Shown here: in pieces, positions 20,301 through 28,623 of the stretch
Position numbering within the stretch: position 1 is the stretch's first letter
Layout of the letters: every line of letters begins with the position of its first letter
Source: Deltaproteobacteria bacterium
GTDB lineage: Bacteria; Myxococcota; Kuafuiibacteriia; Kuafuiibacteriales; Kuafuiibacteriaceae
Assembly (NCBI GenBank): GCA_040218735.1
Contig: JAVJQW010000057.1
Span: 256,001-320,000 of the forward strand
Length of the DNA stretch: 64,000 nt
Reading direction: 5' to 3'
The notes under the pieces: model-generated
Databases searched by the model: none
What the model was told of the DNA's origin: nothing
The model's input: only the letters and a program-made list of their open reading frames with translations
Position numbers and translations under genes: made by a program

Positions 20301-23300
20301 GGTCTGCGGCGACGGCATCGTCAACAACAACGGCACCGAAGAGTGCGACGACGGCAACACGGCGGCTGGTGACGGATGTACGGACCTCTGCGTCGTCGAG
20401 TTCTGCGGGGACGGCATCGTCAACGACACCAACGAGACGTGCGACGACGGAAACACGACCGCCGGCGACGGCTGCAATTCGAGCTGCGTCATCGAGGTCT
20501 GCGGCGACGGCGTCGTGAACAACAACGGCACCGAGGAGTGCGACGACGGCAACACGACGGCGGGTGACGGATGCGACTCGAGCTGCATCGTCGAGCTCTG
20601 CGGCGACGGCATCGTCAACAACGCCGGCACCGAGACCTGCGACGACGGAAACACGACGAGCGGCGACGGCTGCTCGGCGTCCTGCGCGCTGGAGTTCTGC
20701 GGCGACGGCGTCGTCAACAACACCTCCGAGCAATGCGACGACGGCAACACGACCGCGGGGGACGGCTGCACCTCGACGTGCCTCCTCGAGTTCTGTGGCG
20801 ACGGGGTGATCAACGACGGCGGCGTCGAGGAGTGTGACGACGGAAACGCGTCGGCGGGTGACGGATGCAGCGACCTCTGCATCACGGAGTTCTGCGGCGA
20901 CGGCGTCGTGAACAACGGAACGGAGACCTGCGACGACGCCAACAACGTGAACGGCGACGGCTGCAGCGCGGCCTGCGTCATCGAAGCGCCCAGCAACGCC
21001 CCCGACCTCGTGATCGACGGCGGCTACCCGGACCTGGTGTCGACCGGGCTCGGGCAGTTCGGCTATCGCGTATGCAACCTCGGCGACGCCGACATGACGT
21101 CGCCGGCCGTCGTGCACCTCTACGGAAGCACCGACACGACCTACGCCGCACCCGACGTGCTCGTGACCTCGTTCAGCGTCCCGGCGTCGGAGCTTTCGGC
21201 TGGCGCCTGTACCGTGGGCGACCTGGCCCTCCCGCTCACGCCGACGGCGACAGCGCTCTACTACGGTTATGTGATCGACCCTCTGAACCAGGTGCTCGAG
21301 CTGAACGAGGGGAACAACGTCCCGGTCGGCGCAGCGATTGGCGCGGGTAGCGGGCCCGATCTCCTCGTCGCGAGTGTTGACAGCGTCGGAAACGAATGGT
21401 CGGGCATCCGTACCTACCGTGTCCGCGTGTGCAACCAGGGCGACGTCGACGCGACGCCGTTCCGACTGACGCTCGGGCACGCCGACGCTGCGACGCTGCA
21501 GCGCGTCCCCGACGTCATTCAGACGCAGCCCGCGCTCACGGCCCACACCTGCTACGACATCGACCTGAGCGTGGGTACCTATGGGCAGGTCTCGGGCGAG
21601 CGCATCGTCTACGCCGACGCCGACGGTGACGGACAGATCGTCGAGCGCAACGAACGAAACAATCGAAGCTACGGAACGGGGACGACCTTCGATCTCGACG
21701 TCAACATGGTCGTCGAGTTGTCGGGCACGACGCGGACGGCATCGGGTGACTTCCGGCTCGACGTGACCGTATGTGATCGTGGGACGAATGGTCCGTCGGC
21801 GGCGCGACAGATCGAGTACTTCATCTCGACCGACGCGACCTTCGATCCGACGGTCGACACGATCCTGCAGTCGGACTCCGTGGCCACCGGGAGCTGCCAA
21901 CGGCTCGAGCTCACTTCGACGCTTCCGACTGCCGGCGTTTGGTACGTCGGTGCCATCGTGGACCGCGGGGAGATGCTGCCCGACACCGACCGCCGCGACA
22001 ACGTCGCCTTTCATCGAATCGTCTCGGGCCCAGGCTTCGACCTCGAGCTCGCCGCCATCGATGTTCCGCCCGTGGTCGGTGTGGCGGCCGCCGAGCTCGC
22101 CGACGTGACCGTGTGTAACCGCGGTTCGGTCCCATCCCCCGACACCGAGGTGGCGGTCGGCTTCAACCCGCTCGCGATCGACGGCGGCCCGGACCACTTC
22201 ACCGGTGGGAACCGTCAGCCGGTGCCGGCGCTCGAGAACGGCGAGTGCGTCGACATTTCGGTGCCGTTGCCGGTACTCCCGCCGCAGCGCTGGTACACAC
22301 GCGCGCGCGCGACGTTGGATCCGGACGTCCTCCTCACGGGGGATGCGGATCCTTCGAACCACGGTCGGTCGGTGTCGATCCTGGCGGGCGTGGGCGCCAA
22401 CTTCCGCGTGACCGCGCTGAGCGCGCCCGTCACCGTGCCCGGCAACGATCCTGTGGATCTCACGGCCACGGTCTGCAACACGGGCGACGCGGGTGCGGCC
22501 CGCCCGCCCCTCGAGTTCATCGCGGATGGTCTCGTCCTCCCCGCCTCCAGTCAGGACGACCCAACCGCGACCGTCGTCGCTACGGTTCCCATCGGCGGTA
22601 CACTTGCGCCCGGAGCGTGTGCGGACGTCAGCGTGTCCGTGCCTCAGAATGGACACACGCCGTACTTCGGAGCTGCGATCGTTCGAACGCAACCCTCGGA
22701 GATCGCGCACACCGATGACATCGCGCACGCCCCGTACGTGTATTTCCGCGGAACCCAGGATATCGGGCTTTGGGACTTCCAGAACGTCTCACTGACCTAC
22801 AGCGCGGTGGGTCAAGGTTCCCTTTCGCTCGACCTCTGTAACCTCGGTGCCGTCGCAACGTTCGGAAATACGATCCTCAACGTCGATGGGTACCTGGACG
22901 CCGAGCTGCGGTACCAGGCCGCACGCCCCGGACACCTCCAGATGACGACGCCGATCGCGCCGGGACAGTGCCTGCCCTTGACCCTCCCGCTCTCTGCGTT
23001 CGGTGGATACCTGAACCTCGTGGTCTTCGGGGAGGGCGCACCGGAGCGGCAGCTCCCGCTCGGGTCGGGGTGGTACACGACCTCGACCGACGTCTACGTC
23101 GAGCAACTGACGGTCCCCGGTGCCGTCGACGCGAGCTTCGACGCGACGGTGCGCGTCTGCGCCGCTGGCCCCGGTCCGGTACCGGCGTCGCAGGTCGCGC
23201 TCTACATGTCACACGACGCGACGGTGACGAGCCTCGACGAGGATCCCGGCACGACGGATCAGATCCTCGCGACGGCATCCGTGCCCGCTTTCAACGGCAC

Positions 23301-25950
23301 CCAATGTCACGACGTCTTGCTCTCGAACGTCTCGACAGGTGGGTTCCTCGGGAACGTGTACATCGCGGCGGTGGCGAACCACACACTCGCTGCGACGCCG
23401 GATGAGTTCACCGAGAACAACGTCGGCCCGACTCACCCCGTTCTGTTCACGACTCAGGTGTGCGGCGACGGGGTCGTGGTCGCGCCGGAGATGTGCGACG
23501 ACGGAAACGCCCTGAACGGTGACGGTTGTGATGCGACGTGCGCGCTCGAGTTCTGCGGCGACGGCATCGTCAACAATGTCTCCGAGGCCTGTGACGACGG
23601 AAACGTCGTCAACGGCGATGGGTGCGATCAGCTCTGCATGGATGAGTTCTGTGGAGACGGCCTCGTCAACAACGCCGGCACCGAGGAGTGCGACGACGGG
23701 AACACCGCCGCCGACGACGGGTGCAGCGCGGCCTGCGTCGTCGAGTTCTGCGGGGACGGCGTCGTCAACAACGGGGCCGAGACGTGCGACGACGGCAACG
23801 TCGCCAACAACGATGGCTGCAATCAGCTCTGCCTGACCGAGTTCTGTGGGGACGGCGTCGTCAACAACGGGAACGAAGGCTGCGACGACGGAAACAACGT
23901 GGCGGGCGACGGCTGCAACGCGGCTTGCGTGGCTGAGTTCTGCGGCGACGCAATCGTGAACAACGTCAACGAGACTTGCGACGACGGGAACGTCGCGGTG
24001 GGTGATGGCTGTGATGCCTTCTGCCAGATCGAGAACCTCCCGGCCGCGCGGCTCGGAGAGGTGCTCTTCGACCGGAACCAGCAGCAGGTCCTCTCGACGC
24101 AGGTCTCGGGGACCCACCCGCTCAACAGCAACGCCTTCACGCTCGCGATGTGGGCGCGCGCGCCGCAGAACCAGTTCGAGGCCGTGGCCAACCGCTGGAA
24201 CAACGGCGGCCAGGTCTGGTGGCTCGGTCACTACCCCCAGGGCACGCTCGGCGTGGGTATCGCGCAGAGCCTGTCAGGCGCCGGGGGCGTCGGGCGTGAG
24301 TTTGCTTCGCCCATCGTCGGGGGTGAGTGGATGCACATCATCGTCACCTACGACGCCGGCACCGTGCACCTGTACCGCGACGGCGTGAACGACGACGGCA
24401 CGATCAACGGGCCCATCCCGACCAACCTGACCGGCGGCGACGCGCCGCTGATCATCGGCCAGGACATCTACACCGGCGCCGTAGGTAACGTCGTGTTCCT
24501 CGACCGCGCGGTGACCGCCGCGGAGGCCGAAGACATCCACTGCACGTTCACCACGAGCACCCAGCCGTGCGCGTGCGGCGTGGACGACCACGCCTGCTCA
24601 CTCAACGACGTGCTCACCATGCCGGGCCTCGTCTCGTACTGGCCGATGCACTCGGGACCGCAGGACACCGTCGGTGGGTACGATCTCTTCGAGACCAGCC
24701 CGCCGTTCGTGTACCGCGAGCGCTTCCCGTTCGGACCGCCGGCGGACGGCGGCGTCGACGCGGGCACAACGCCCGTCGACAGCGGCGTGGCGGTGGACTC
24801 CGGTGTGCCGCCGGACTCGGGCGTGCCGCCGGACTCGGGCGTGCCGCCGGACTCGGGCGTGCCGCCGGACTCGGGTGTGCCGCCGGACTCGGGTGTGCCG
24901 CCGGACTCGGGCGTGCCTCCCGACTCAGGTGTACCTCCGGACTCCGGCGTGCCGCCGGACTCGGGCGTGCCTCCCGACTCAGGTGTACCTCCGGACTCCG
25001 GCGTGCCTCCCGACTCGGGCGTGCCTCCCGACTCGGGCGTGCCACCGGACTCGGGCGTGCCTCCGGACTCGGGCGTGCCTCCGGACTCCGGCGTGCCTCC
25101 CGACTCGGGCGTGCCTCCGGACTCGGGCGTGCCACCGGACTCCGGCGTACCTCCGGACTCCGGCGTCCCCCCCGACGCCGGCTTCGTCGACGCGGGTGTC
25201 CCGCCGGACGGCGGCGCCGCGCCGGACGGCGGCGCCGTCCCGCCCGTGCCGTTCGTACCCGACGCCGTGCAGCAGCCCGGGCAGTGGGCCTCGCTCAACG
25301 CGGGCGCCGGGCAGGCGCTCAGCTCGGGCACCGTCGCGCCGGGCTCGCCGCTCGACACCAGCGCGTTCACGATCGCGGTCTGGGGTCAGCAGCCGCCGCT
25401 GTACACCGCGCTCGCCCACCGCTGGGACGAGGGCGGGCAGGTCTGGTGGCTCGGCAACGTCACCAACGGCGCCATGTCGTTCGGCCTCGCGCAGAGCACC
25501 TCCGGCGCCGGTGGGTTCGGGCGTGACTTCGCGACGCCGGTGTACGCCGGCGAGTGGCACCACTTCGTCGTCACCTACGACCAGGGCGTGATCCACACGT
25601 ACCTCGACGGGCTCAACGACGACGGCGCGGTGTTCGGGCCCGTCCCGACGAGCGTCACGGGTGGTAACTCACCGATGTACCTCGGCCAGTCGTACCTCTA
25701 CGACGGCCCGGTCGCGTCCGCGGCGTACTTCGATCGCGCGCTCGACCCGCTCGAGGTTCAGCAGGTCTTCTGCACGACCGGCGGCAGCGCCCAGGGTTGT
25801 TGGTGCGGCACCGCGCAGTCCTGCGCGCCCGCCGACCTGTACAACCTGCAGGGCCTCGTCTGTCACTGGCCCCTCGCGGGCGACGCCACCGACGCGACGG
25901 GCACACTCGACCTCATCGAGATCAACGGCCCCGTCACCTACGCCCCGTAG
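14311..25950 (+). CDS. giant secreted multidomain protein: CARDB-like Ig arrays, Myxococcus Cys-rich (DUF4215-like) repeats, two LamG/ConA-like domains, Pro-rich spacer
   Basis: Signal peptide ...LLPAAALA-QTT; 21 domains with V/ICN.G motifs, several ending in E..E.NN; 18 CGDG...CDDGN...DGC...C repeats; two WxH..VTYD.G..HxY.DG domains. Start could be TTG 14293 or ATG 14311. Confidence 0.85.
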   Translation: MVHAVPRTLLASYLILNGLLPAAALAQTTVALPPSGLSTAWDIGNDGTFDNVNAGNCNVVSGSLEARCLVSFNVSTLTTPIAHAYLELAQSSYVSSGSPVRISLFTDDGVLTTLDATTAATEAGTYLPTEVGTAVRLIPLDANVLQAAINNQTWLGVRIEAVTGQSDIDIGFVQLHVTPMLPELSVEGGFPRVTFGEGHFGYRVCNTGGADVTSAVELGLYRSTDTQFGPPDEVVATINIPAAQLTAGACVVHDAIVPVTPTPTALYYGFNVDPNNLIAEIDESNNRSTGAAIGAGSGPDLLIRRLEVVPYLDSNPRIEVEICNQGDVASGQFLLTVGHAVASTFARTPRFSNVRPSLEAHACYTLSYSLPTPVNADSIDRRYYADVDVDGLIAETNERNNRIYGENVNFSPNPDLDVEIRGPSHTFDQRPSYDVYVCNRNAANPQETIVRLYALSEPIVPPNPLSSTEGSFDLGSEDCAAFSLQSNLPAQGTWYVAAHADPLHAVVEGDLRNNVAFHRVTWTSSYDLSIAALDVPEVIATNGAPPPLTASVCNEGFAASPATSLAVSANPTIGYGAADVVPAATLLSVPSLQPGGCIDLTASVPVPTFTGARLHSAVRVSLDPGGTLGADADPLDHARTARVVFGSDVNFTVSSVGVPASFEVGAPGSVEATVCNSGGVAAVRPAVSFVYGYDRVVPGANDYHVGDPLFPFGSVPAGGVLAAGSCEVVAATGSIHASDGRTFVGASLDRTATQISYVDALATSPRTFTTFPGGPVFELANVSVAVNGMGGSGTLSYDLCNVGYGPVTGPVTISVIRYFDAERSFSSGSADRLVASEVVSTSLAVGACLSRTAAIATSGYFVIQVSGGGGVPVRTFVPIAATIPRVSDLFVQQLTAATQVTGATFPVTIQLCSGEGATAQPPVAFYLSNDAQVVSTDEDPLTTDVVIASGMGVALQQNTCEDITYNLPTPPTNGTFYLGAFVNSGFAVAEDVTNNNMSPAHMFTVGAPAPCGDGTLDTGEECDDGNTLSGDGCDAACVLEYCGDGVTNNTNETCDDGNVVAGDGCSSTCVSEFCGDGVVNNSGAETCDDGNTVPGDGCDAACQYETQPNGPDLTIEGGFPPVIASDGHFGYRVCNRGNSDVAPTAQVGIRLVRGPDSSVDLIDTVVADIFVSAAQLTAGNCSIADFTTAVAAAPSADHFGFIVDPQNQIIESDESNNQTVAQPIGTGSGVDLWIEQVEVGGSQTSQTALHSVHVCNLGDTAAGPYSVVTGHVDVNGATTVAGTRQLPGLSAHACTVVWFQQVFASTTGNVRVYAQVDAANQVSELNEHNNRHYADERNFDPGPDGEVTIAGSRLTGNGAFRVASYLCPRVSNTPIGAVVDNFISSDTAYQPSDLLFDSGLVSSPINQCARRVSDGTLPSPGVWQIGAFADRAQTTSDPDRRNNEAYLPVVFTTSYDLELSALEIDPVQAIGAPGQATVTICNRGAATAPATTVALHLNPLRIGAPGDDVGIAPAHAVPSLSPETCTTLTVPVPSNPSTSARIVTGLHALLDPAGALAQDADPTNQQAWVPVTRGAGTNFRVTSLTVPDPVVRHAPFNIQATVCNFGDTGAARPAAEFLSSFGGPVIALQDTTSAAITALGSAPTGAFLAPGACEDINATVTHTWHSRVSEFGVSLARSTGSLELTFADDMAVVRREVVDNQAALRVVNPSIVRFGSSAGLATYEVCNVGTAPTTNDGVQFLRHYDPDYRYRVIGAAGYSFDTLPVLQPGACLSRSLQLNEGGGYVRVRTIAGGHGSDHPVRLGQVWNTTGNDLYVEQFTAPASGPASFTATARVCNSGFGSIPASTLAVYASYDATVTSLDVDPGSIDTILTTAVVPALVGATCADITIPGVPSAGAVGDRYVAAVANHGLSVLADTIAENNVGPVSAITFTGQLCGDGIADGGEECDDGNGVDGDGCTAACIAEFCGDGVINDTDETCDDSNAIAGDGCGVTCQIEVCGDGIVNNNGTEECDDGNTAAGDGCTDLCVVEFCGDGIVNDTNETCDDGNTTAGDGCNSSCVIEVCGDGVVNNNGTEECDDGNTTAGDGCDSSCIVELCGDGIVNNAGTETCDDGNTTSGDGCSASCALEFCGDGVVNNTSEQCDDGNTTAGDGCTSTCLLEFCGDGVINDGGVEECDDGNASAGDGCSDLCITEFCGDGVVNNGTETCDDANNVNGDGCSAACVIEAPSNAPDLVIDGGYPDLVSTGLGQFGYRVCNLGDADMTSPAVVHLYGSTDTTYAAPDVLVTSFSVPASELSAGACTVGDLALPLTPTATALYYGYVIDPLNQVLELNEGNNVPVGAAIGAGSGPDLLVASVDSVGNEWSGIRTYRVRVCNQGDVDATPFRLTLGHADAATLQRVPDVIQTQPALTAHTCYDIDLSVGTYGQVSGERIVYADADGDGQIVERNERNNRSYGTGTTFDLDVNMVVELSGTTRTASGDFRLDVTVCDRGTNGPSAARQIEYFISTDATFDPTVDTILQSDSVATGSCQRLELTSTLPTAGVWYVGAIVDRGEMLPDTDRRDNVAFHRIVSGPGFDLELAAIDVPPVVGVAAAELADVTVCNRGSVPSPDTEVAVGFNPLAIDGGPDHFTGGNRQPVPALENGECVDISVPLPVLPPQRWYTRARATLDPDVLLTGDADPSNHGRSVSILAGVGANFRVTALSAPVTVPGNDPVDLTATVCNTGDAGAARPPLEFIADGLVLPASSQDDPTATVVATVPIGGTLAPGACADVSVSVPQNGHTPYFGAAIVRTQPSEIAHTDDIAHAPYVYFRGTQDIGLWDFQNVSLTYSAVGQGSLSLDLCNLGAVATFGNTILNVDGYLDAELRYQAARPGHLQMTTPIAPGQCLPLTLPLSAFGGYLNLVVFGEGAPERQLPLGSGWYTTSTDVYVEQLTVPGAVDASFDATVRVCAAGPGPVPASQVALYMSHDATVTSLDEDPGTTDQILATASVPAFNGTQCHDVLLSNVSTGGFLGNVYIAAVANHTLAATPDEFTENNVGPTHPVLFTTQVCGDGVVVAPEMCDDGNALNGDGCDATCALEFCGDGIVNNVSEACDDGNVVNGDGCDQLCMDEFCGDGLVNNAGTEECDDGNTAADDGCSAACVVEFCGDGVVNNGAETCDDGNVANNDGCNQLCLTEFCGDGVVNNGNEGCDDGNNVAGDGCNAACVAEFCGDAIVNNVNETCDDGNVAVGDGCDAFCQIENLPAARLGEVLFDRNQQQVLSTQVSGTHPLNSNAFTLAMWARAPQNQFEAVANRWNNGGQVWWLGHYPQGTLGVGIAQSLSGAGGVGREFASPIVGGEWMHIIVTYDAGTVHLYRDGVNDDGTINGPIPTNLTGGDAPLIIGQDIYTGAVGNVVFLDRAVTAAEAEDIHCTFTTSTQPCACGVDDHACSLNDVLTMPGLVSYWPMHSGPQDTVGGYDLFETSPPFVYRERFPFGPPADGGVDAGTTPVDSGVAVDSGVPPDSGVPPDSGVPPDSGVPPDSGVPPDSGVPPDSGVPPDSGVPPDSGVPPDSGVPPDSGVPPDSGVPPDSGVPPDSGVPPDSGVPPDSGVPPDSGVPPDSGVPPDSGVPPDSGVPPDSGVPPDAGFVDAGVPPDGGAAPDGGAVPPVPFVPDAVQQPGQWASLNAGAGQALSSGTVAPGSPLDTSAFTIAVWGQQPPLYTALAHRWDEGGQVWWLGNVTNGAMSFGLAQSTSGAGGFGRDFATPVYAGEWHHFVVTYDQGVIHTYLDGLNDDGAVFGPVPTSVTGGNSPMYLGQSYLYDGPVASAAYFDRALDPLEVQQVFCTTGGSAQGCWCGTAQSCAPADLYNLQGLVCHWPLAGDATDATGTLDLIEINGPVTYAP
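17341..17620 (+). repeat. Cys-rich repeat block 1 (3 copies)
   Basis: CGDG-x7/8-CDDGN-x4-DGC-x3-C units counted in the translation; end coordinate approximate. Confidence 0.85.
20116..20985 (+). repeat. Cys-rich repeat block 2 (9 copies)
   Basis: Nine tandem 32-33 aa CGDG...CDD(G/S/A)N units. Confidence 0.85.
23461..24033 (+). repeat. Cys-rich repeat block 3 (6 copies)
   Basis: Six tandem CGD(G/A)...CDDGN units. Confidence 0.85.
24796..25173 (+). repeat. 18-bp coding tandem repeat, 21 copies of DSGVPP
   Basis: GAC-TCN-GGY-GTN-CCN-CCS repeated without spacers; only synonymous variation. Confidence 0.95.
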
Positions 25951-26115
25951 TCGGATCGAGCCGGGCCGGCACCCGAGCGGTGCCGAGCCCACTCGAACGA
26001 ATTTCGAACCCACGGCGAACGAACCCGGACGAATTCCGGACGACGACGACGTACGTCCGTCGTGCGCGCTGGCACGTCGTTTGGATTGGGCGACATCCAG
26101 AAAGGAACTCGCCCC

Positions 26116-27087
26116 ATGTTCACCACCGCCCTCCTCATCGCCTCCCTCCAGACCGCCGCCGCCGGACAGATCGGCATCGAAGCCGCCGACGCAAACGGCG
26201 CCGTCCGCGTCACCTCCGTCGACGCCGCCGGGCCCGCCGCCCGCTTCGCCAAGCCCGGCGACACCATCGTGTCGATCGACCGCATCCCCACGCCAACGCT
26301 CGAGATCTACGACGCGATCGTCAGCCGCATCCGCGCGGGCGACGCGATCGTCGTCGTCCTGAACAGCGAGGGCGTCACGCTCGGTCACCGCATCAAGGCC
26401 ATCGCACCCGCCGCCCCCGGCGAAGTCGCGATCGTCGATCACACGCAGGAAGCCGCCCCCGCGCCGATGCCCGCCGCGCCGACGACCGCGGCACCGCCGG
26501 CCCGCGCCTCGACCCAGCTCGCTCCGAAGCCCGTCGCCAAGAACACGCCGTTCGTCTTCTCGGCGTTCGGCAATGAAATCGGAAAGACGGCCGTGGGTGT
26601 CGGGCTCGCATACCACTCGGAGCTGCTCGGCGAGGTCAACGTCGTCACGCGCTTCACGAAGCTCGTGAGCTTGGACGTGAACCTCGGTACGAACCTCAGC
26701 ACCTCCTACGCCAACCTCGGCGCCCGCTTCACCGTCGTCGAAGGCGAGAGCTTCGCCGTCGCCGCTCGTGTCCGTGTCCACGCGACGGTCGCCAACCCCA
26801 ACGACACCGTGGTGCTCGGTGGGATGAGCGGGGGGCTGCTCGCGTCGTTCGGAAACGACGCCTTCAACGCGACCCTCGGCGTCGACGCGACGCACTACGA
26901 GTTCGCGTGGGTCGACCGCTCGTCCGGCGTGTTCGAGAACATCGGCTACGGCGTCCGGCCCTACGCGGCCGTCGAGTTCCACGCGGTGCAGGGCGTGGCC
27001 ATCTACGGCATGGGTTTCTTCGAGCGCGGGAAGGTCGGCACCGCCCGCTTCTCCGCCCCCGGCGTCGCCATCGGCGCCACCTACTGA
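26116..27087 (+). CDS. secreted protein: N-terminal PDZ-like domain, Pro/Ala linker, C-terminal beta-barrel-like region
   Basis: AAAGGA SD before ATG 26116; IGIE...VRVTSVDAAGPAARFAKPGDTIVSID (PDZ); amphipathic strands ending GVAIGATY. Confidence 0.6.
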   Translation: MFTTALLIASLQTAAAGQIGIEAADANGAVRVTSVDAAGPAARFAKPGDTIVSIDRIPTPTLEIYDAIVSRIRAGDAIVVVLNSEGVTLGHRIKAIAPAAPGEVAIVDHTQEAAPAPMPAAPTTAAPPARASTQLAPKPVAKNTPFVFSAFGNEIGKTAVGVGLAYHSELLGEVNVVTRFTKLVSLDVNLGTNLSTSYANLGARFTVVEGESFAVAARVRVHATVANPNDTVVLGGMSGGLLASFGNDAFNATLGVDATHYEFAWVDRSSGVFENIGYGVRPYAAVEFHAVQGVAIYGMGFFERGKVGTARFSAPGVAIGATY

Positions 27088-27106
27088 GCCCGACGCCGGG
27101 CGACCG

Positions 27107-27135
27107 TTGACAGCGGACGGGCCGCTGCCTACTCA
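27107..27135 (+). promoter_or_regulatory. putative sigma70 promoter, possibly giving a leaderless ALDH mRNA
   Basis: TTGACA-17 nt-TACTCA; ATG 6 nt downstream; no SD. Confidence 0.45.
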
Positions 27136-27141
27136 GGCCCG

Positions 27142-28623
27142 ATGCACGAACTGCTCACGAACTTCGTCAACGGCGCCTGGTCCGCCTCACCGTCCGGCCG
27201 GACGATCGACAACATCAACCCGGCCGACACCCGCCAGGTCCTCGGTCCGGTCACCCGCTCCACGCCGGACGACACCCGCGCCGCCGTCGAAGCCGCGAAG
27301 GCCGCGTTCCCCGCCTGGAAAGCCATGCCCGCCCCCAAGCGCGGCGCGATCCTCTTCGAGGCGACCCGCCTGATGAAGGAGCGCAAGGCCGAGATCGCGA
27401 AGGCGCTCACCCTCGAAGAGGGGAAGACGCTCGCCGAGTCGACCGGCGAAGTGCAGAAGTCGATCAACCTGCTCGAGTTCATCGCCGGCGAGGCGCGTCG
27501 TTTGAATGGAACGACGGTCCCTTCCGAGATGCCGAAGACGTTCGCGTACACCGTGCGGTCCCCGCTCGGCGTCGCGGGGCTCGTCACGCCGTGGAACTTC
27601 CCGGTGTGCATCCCCACCTGGAAGATCGCGCCCGCGCTCGTCGCGGGGAACACGATCGTCTTCAAGCCGGCGACCACCACGCCGTGGACCGCCGACCTCG
27701 TGACACGGGTCTTCGCCGACGCGGGGGTCCCCGCCGGCGTCATCAACCTCGTGCACGGCTCCGGCCGTGAGGTGGGCCAGGTGATCGTCGAGCACCCCGA
27801 GGTCCCCGCGCTGTCGTTCACGGGCTCCAACGACGTCGGCTGTCGCCTCTACCAGGACGGCGCCGCGCGCCTGAAGAAGGTGCAGTGTGAGATGGGCGGC
27901 AAGAACCCGCTGATCGTGCTGGGCGACGCCGACGTCGAGCTCGCCGCCATCGCGACGGCGCAGGGTGCGTTCGGCTCCACCGGCCAGCGCTGCACCGCGA
28001 CCTCCCGGGCGATCGTGGTCGACAGCGTCGCGGACGCGTTCGTCGCGCAGGTCGTCGAGGCGGCGAAGAAGCTGCGCGTCGGCAACGGCATGCACGACGG
28101 CGTCGACATGGGCCCCTCCGTCGACGAGGGCCAGATGAACACGGTGCTGAAGTACCACGCGATCGCGAAGGAGGAAGGCGCCAAGCTCATGTGCGGCGGC
28201 GGCCGCCTCACCGACGGCGACCTCGCGCACGGCTACTTCACGGCGCCGACGGTCTACGACCACGTGGATGGGAAGTCGCGGCTCGCCCAGGAGGAGATCT
28301 TCGGCCCGGTGCTCTCGGTCATCCGCGTGAAGGACTGGGCGGAGGCGATCGATGTCGCGAACAGCGTCGAGTACGGGCTGACGTCGTCGGTGTTCACGAA
28401 GGACGTCACGCGCGCGATGGAGTACGTCGACGAGGTCGAGACGGGCATGCTGCACGTCAACTCCCCGACCGTCGGCGGCGAAGCGCAGCTCCCCTTCGGC
28501 GGCGTGAAGGCGACCGGCGTCGGCCAGCGTGAGATGGGCCAGACCGCGATCGACTTCTTCACCGAGTGGAAGACGGTCTACATCGACTACACCGGCACGA
28601 AGCGCGACTCGAAGCTGTACTGA
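27142..28623 (+). CDS. NAD(P)-dependent aldehyde dehydrogenase (alpha-ketoglutaric semialdehyde dehydrogenase-like)
   Basis: TPWNFP, FTGS, CEMGGKNP, GQRCTATSR, EEIFGP, PFGGVK. Confidence 0.92.
   Translation: MHELLTNFVNGAWSASPSGRTIDNINPADTRQVLGPVTRSTPDDTRAAVEAAKAAFPAWKAMPAPKRGAILFEATRLMKERKAEIAKALTLEEGKTLAESTGEVQKSINLLEFIAGEARRLNGTTVPSEMPKTFAYTVRSPLGVAGLVTPWNFPVCIPTWKIAPALVAGNTIVFKPATTTPWTADLVTRVFADAGVPAGVINLVHGSGREVGQVIVEHPEVPALSFTGSNDVGCRLYQDGAARLKKVQCEMGGKNPLIVLGDADVELAAIATAQGAFGSTGQRCTATSRAIVVDSVADAFVAQVVEAAKKLRVGNGMHDGVDMGPSVDEGQMNTVLKYHAIAKEEGAKLMCGGGRLTDGDLAHGYFTAPTVYDHVDGKSRLAQEEIFGPVLSVIRVKDWAEAIDVANSVEYGLTSSVFTKDVTRAMEYVDEVETGMLHVNSPTVGGEAQLPFGGVKATGVGQREMGQTAIDFFTEWKTVYIDYTGTKRDSKLY

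Noticed and set aside
19636-22728. 1030-aa minus-strand ORF and similar long overlapping ORFs (e.g. 36568-38979, 41288-43315, 29352-31364)
   Set aside because: Antisense shadows expected in high-GC3 DNA; Arg/Val-rich with no motifs, and they lie opposite well-supported genes.
24796-25173. Possible CRISPR array
   Set aside because: Contiguous 18-bp in-frame coding repeats with no unique spacers and no cas genes.
25955-26060. Short GAACGAA/CGAATT repeats after the giant gene as an ncRNA or MITE
   Set aside because: Too short and irregular; no terminal inverted repeats with target duplication and no recognisable RNA family.
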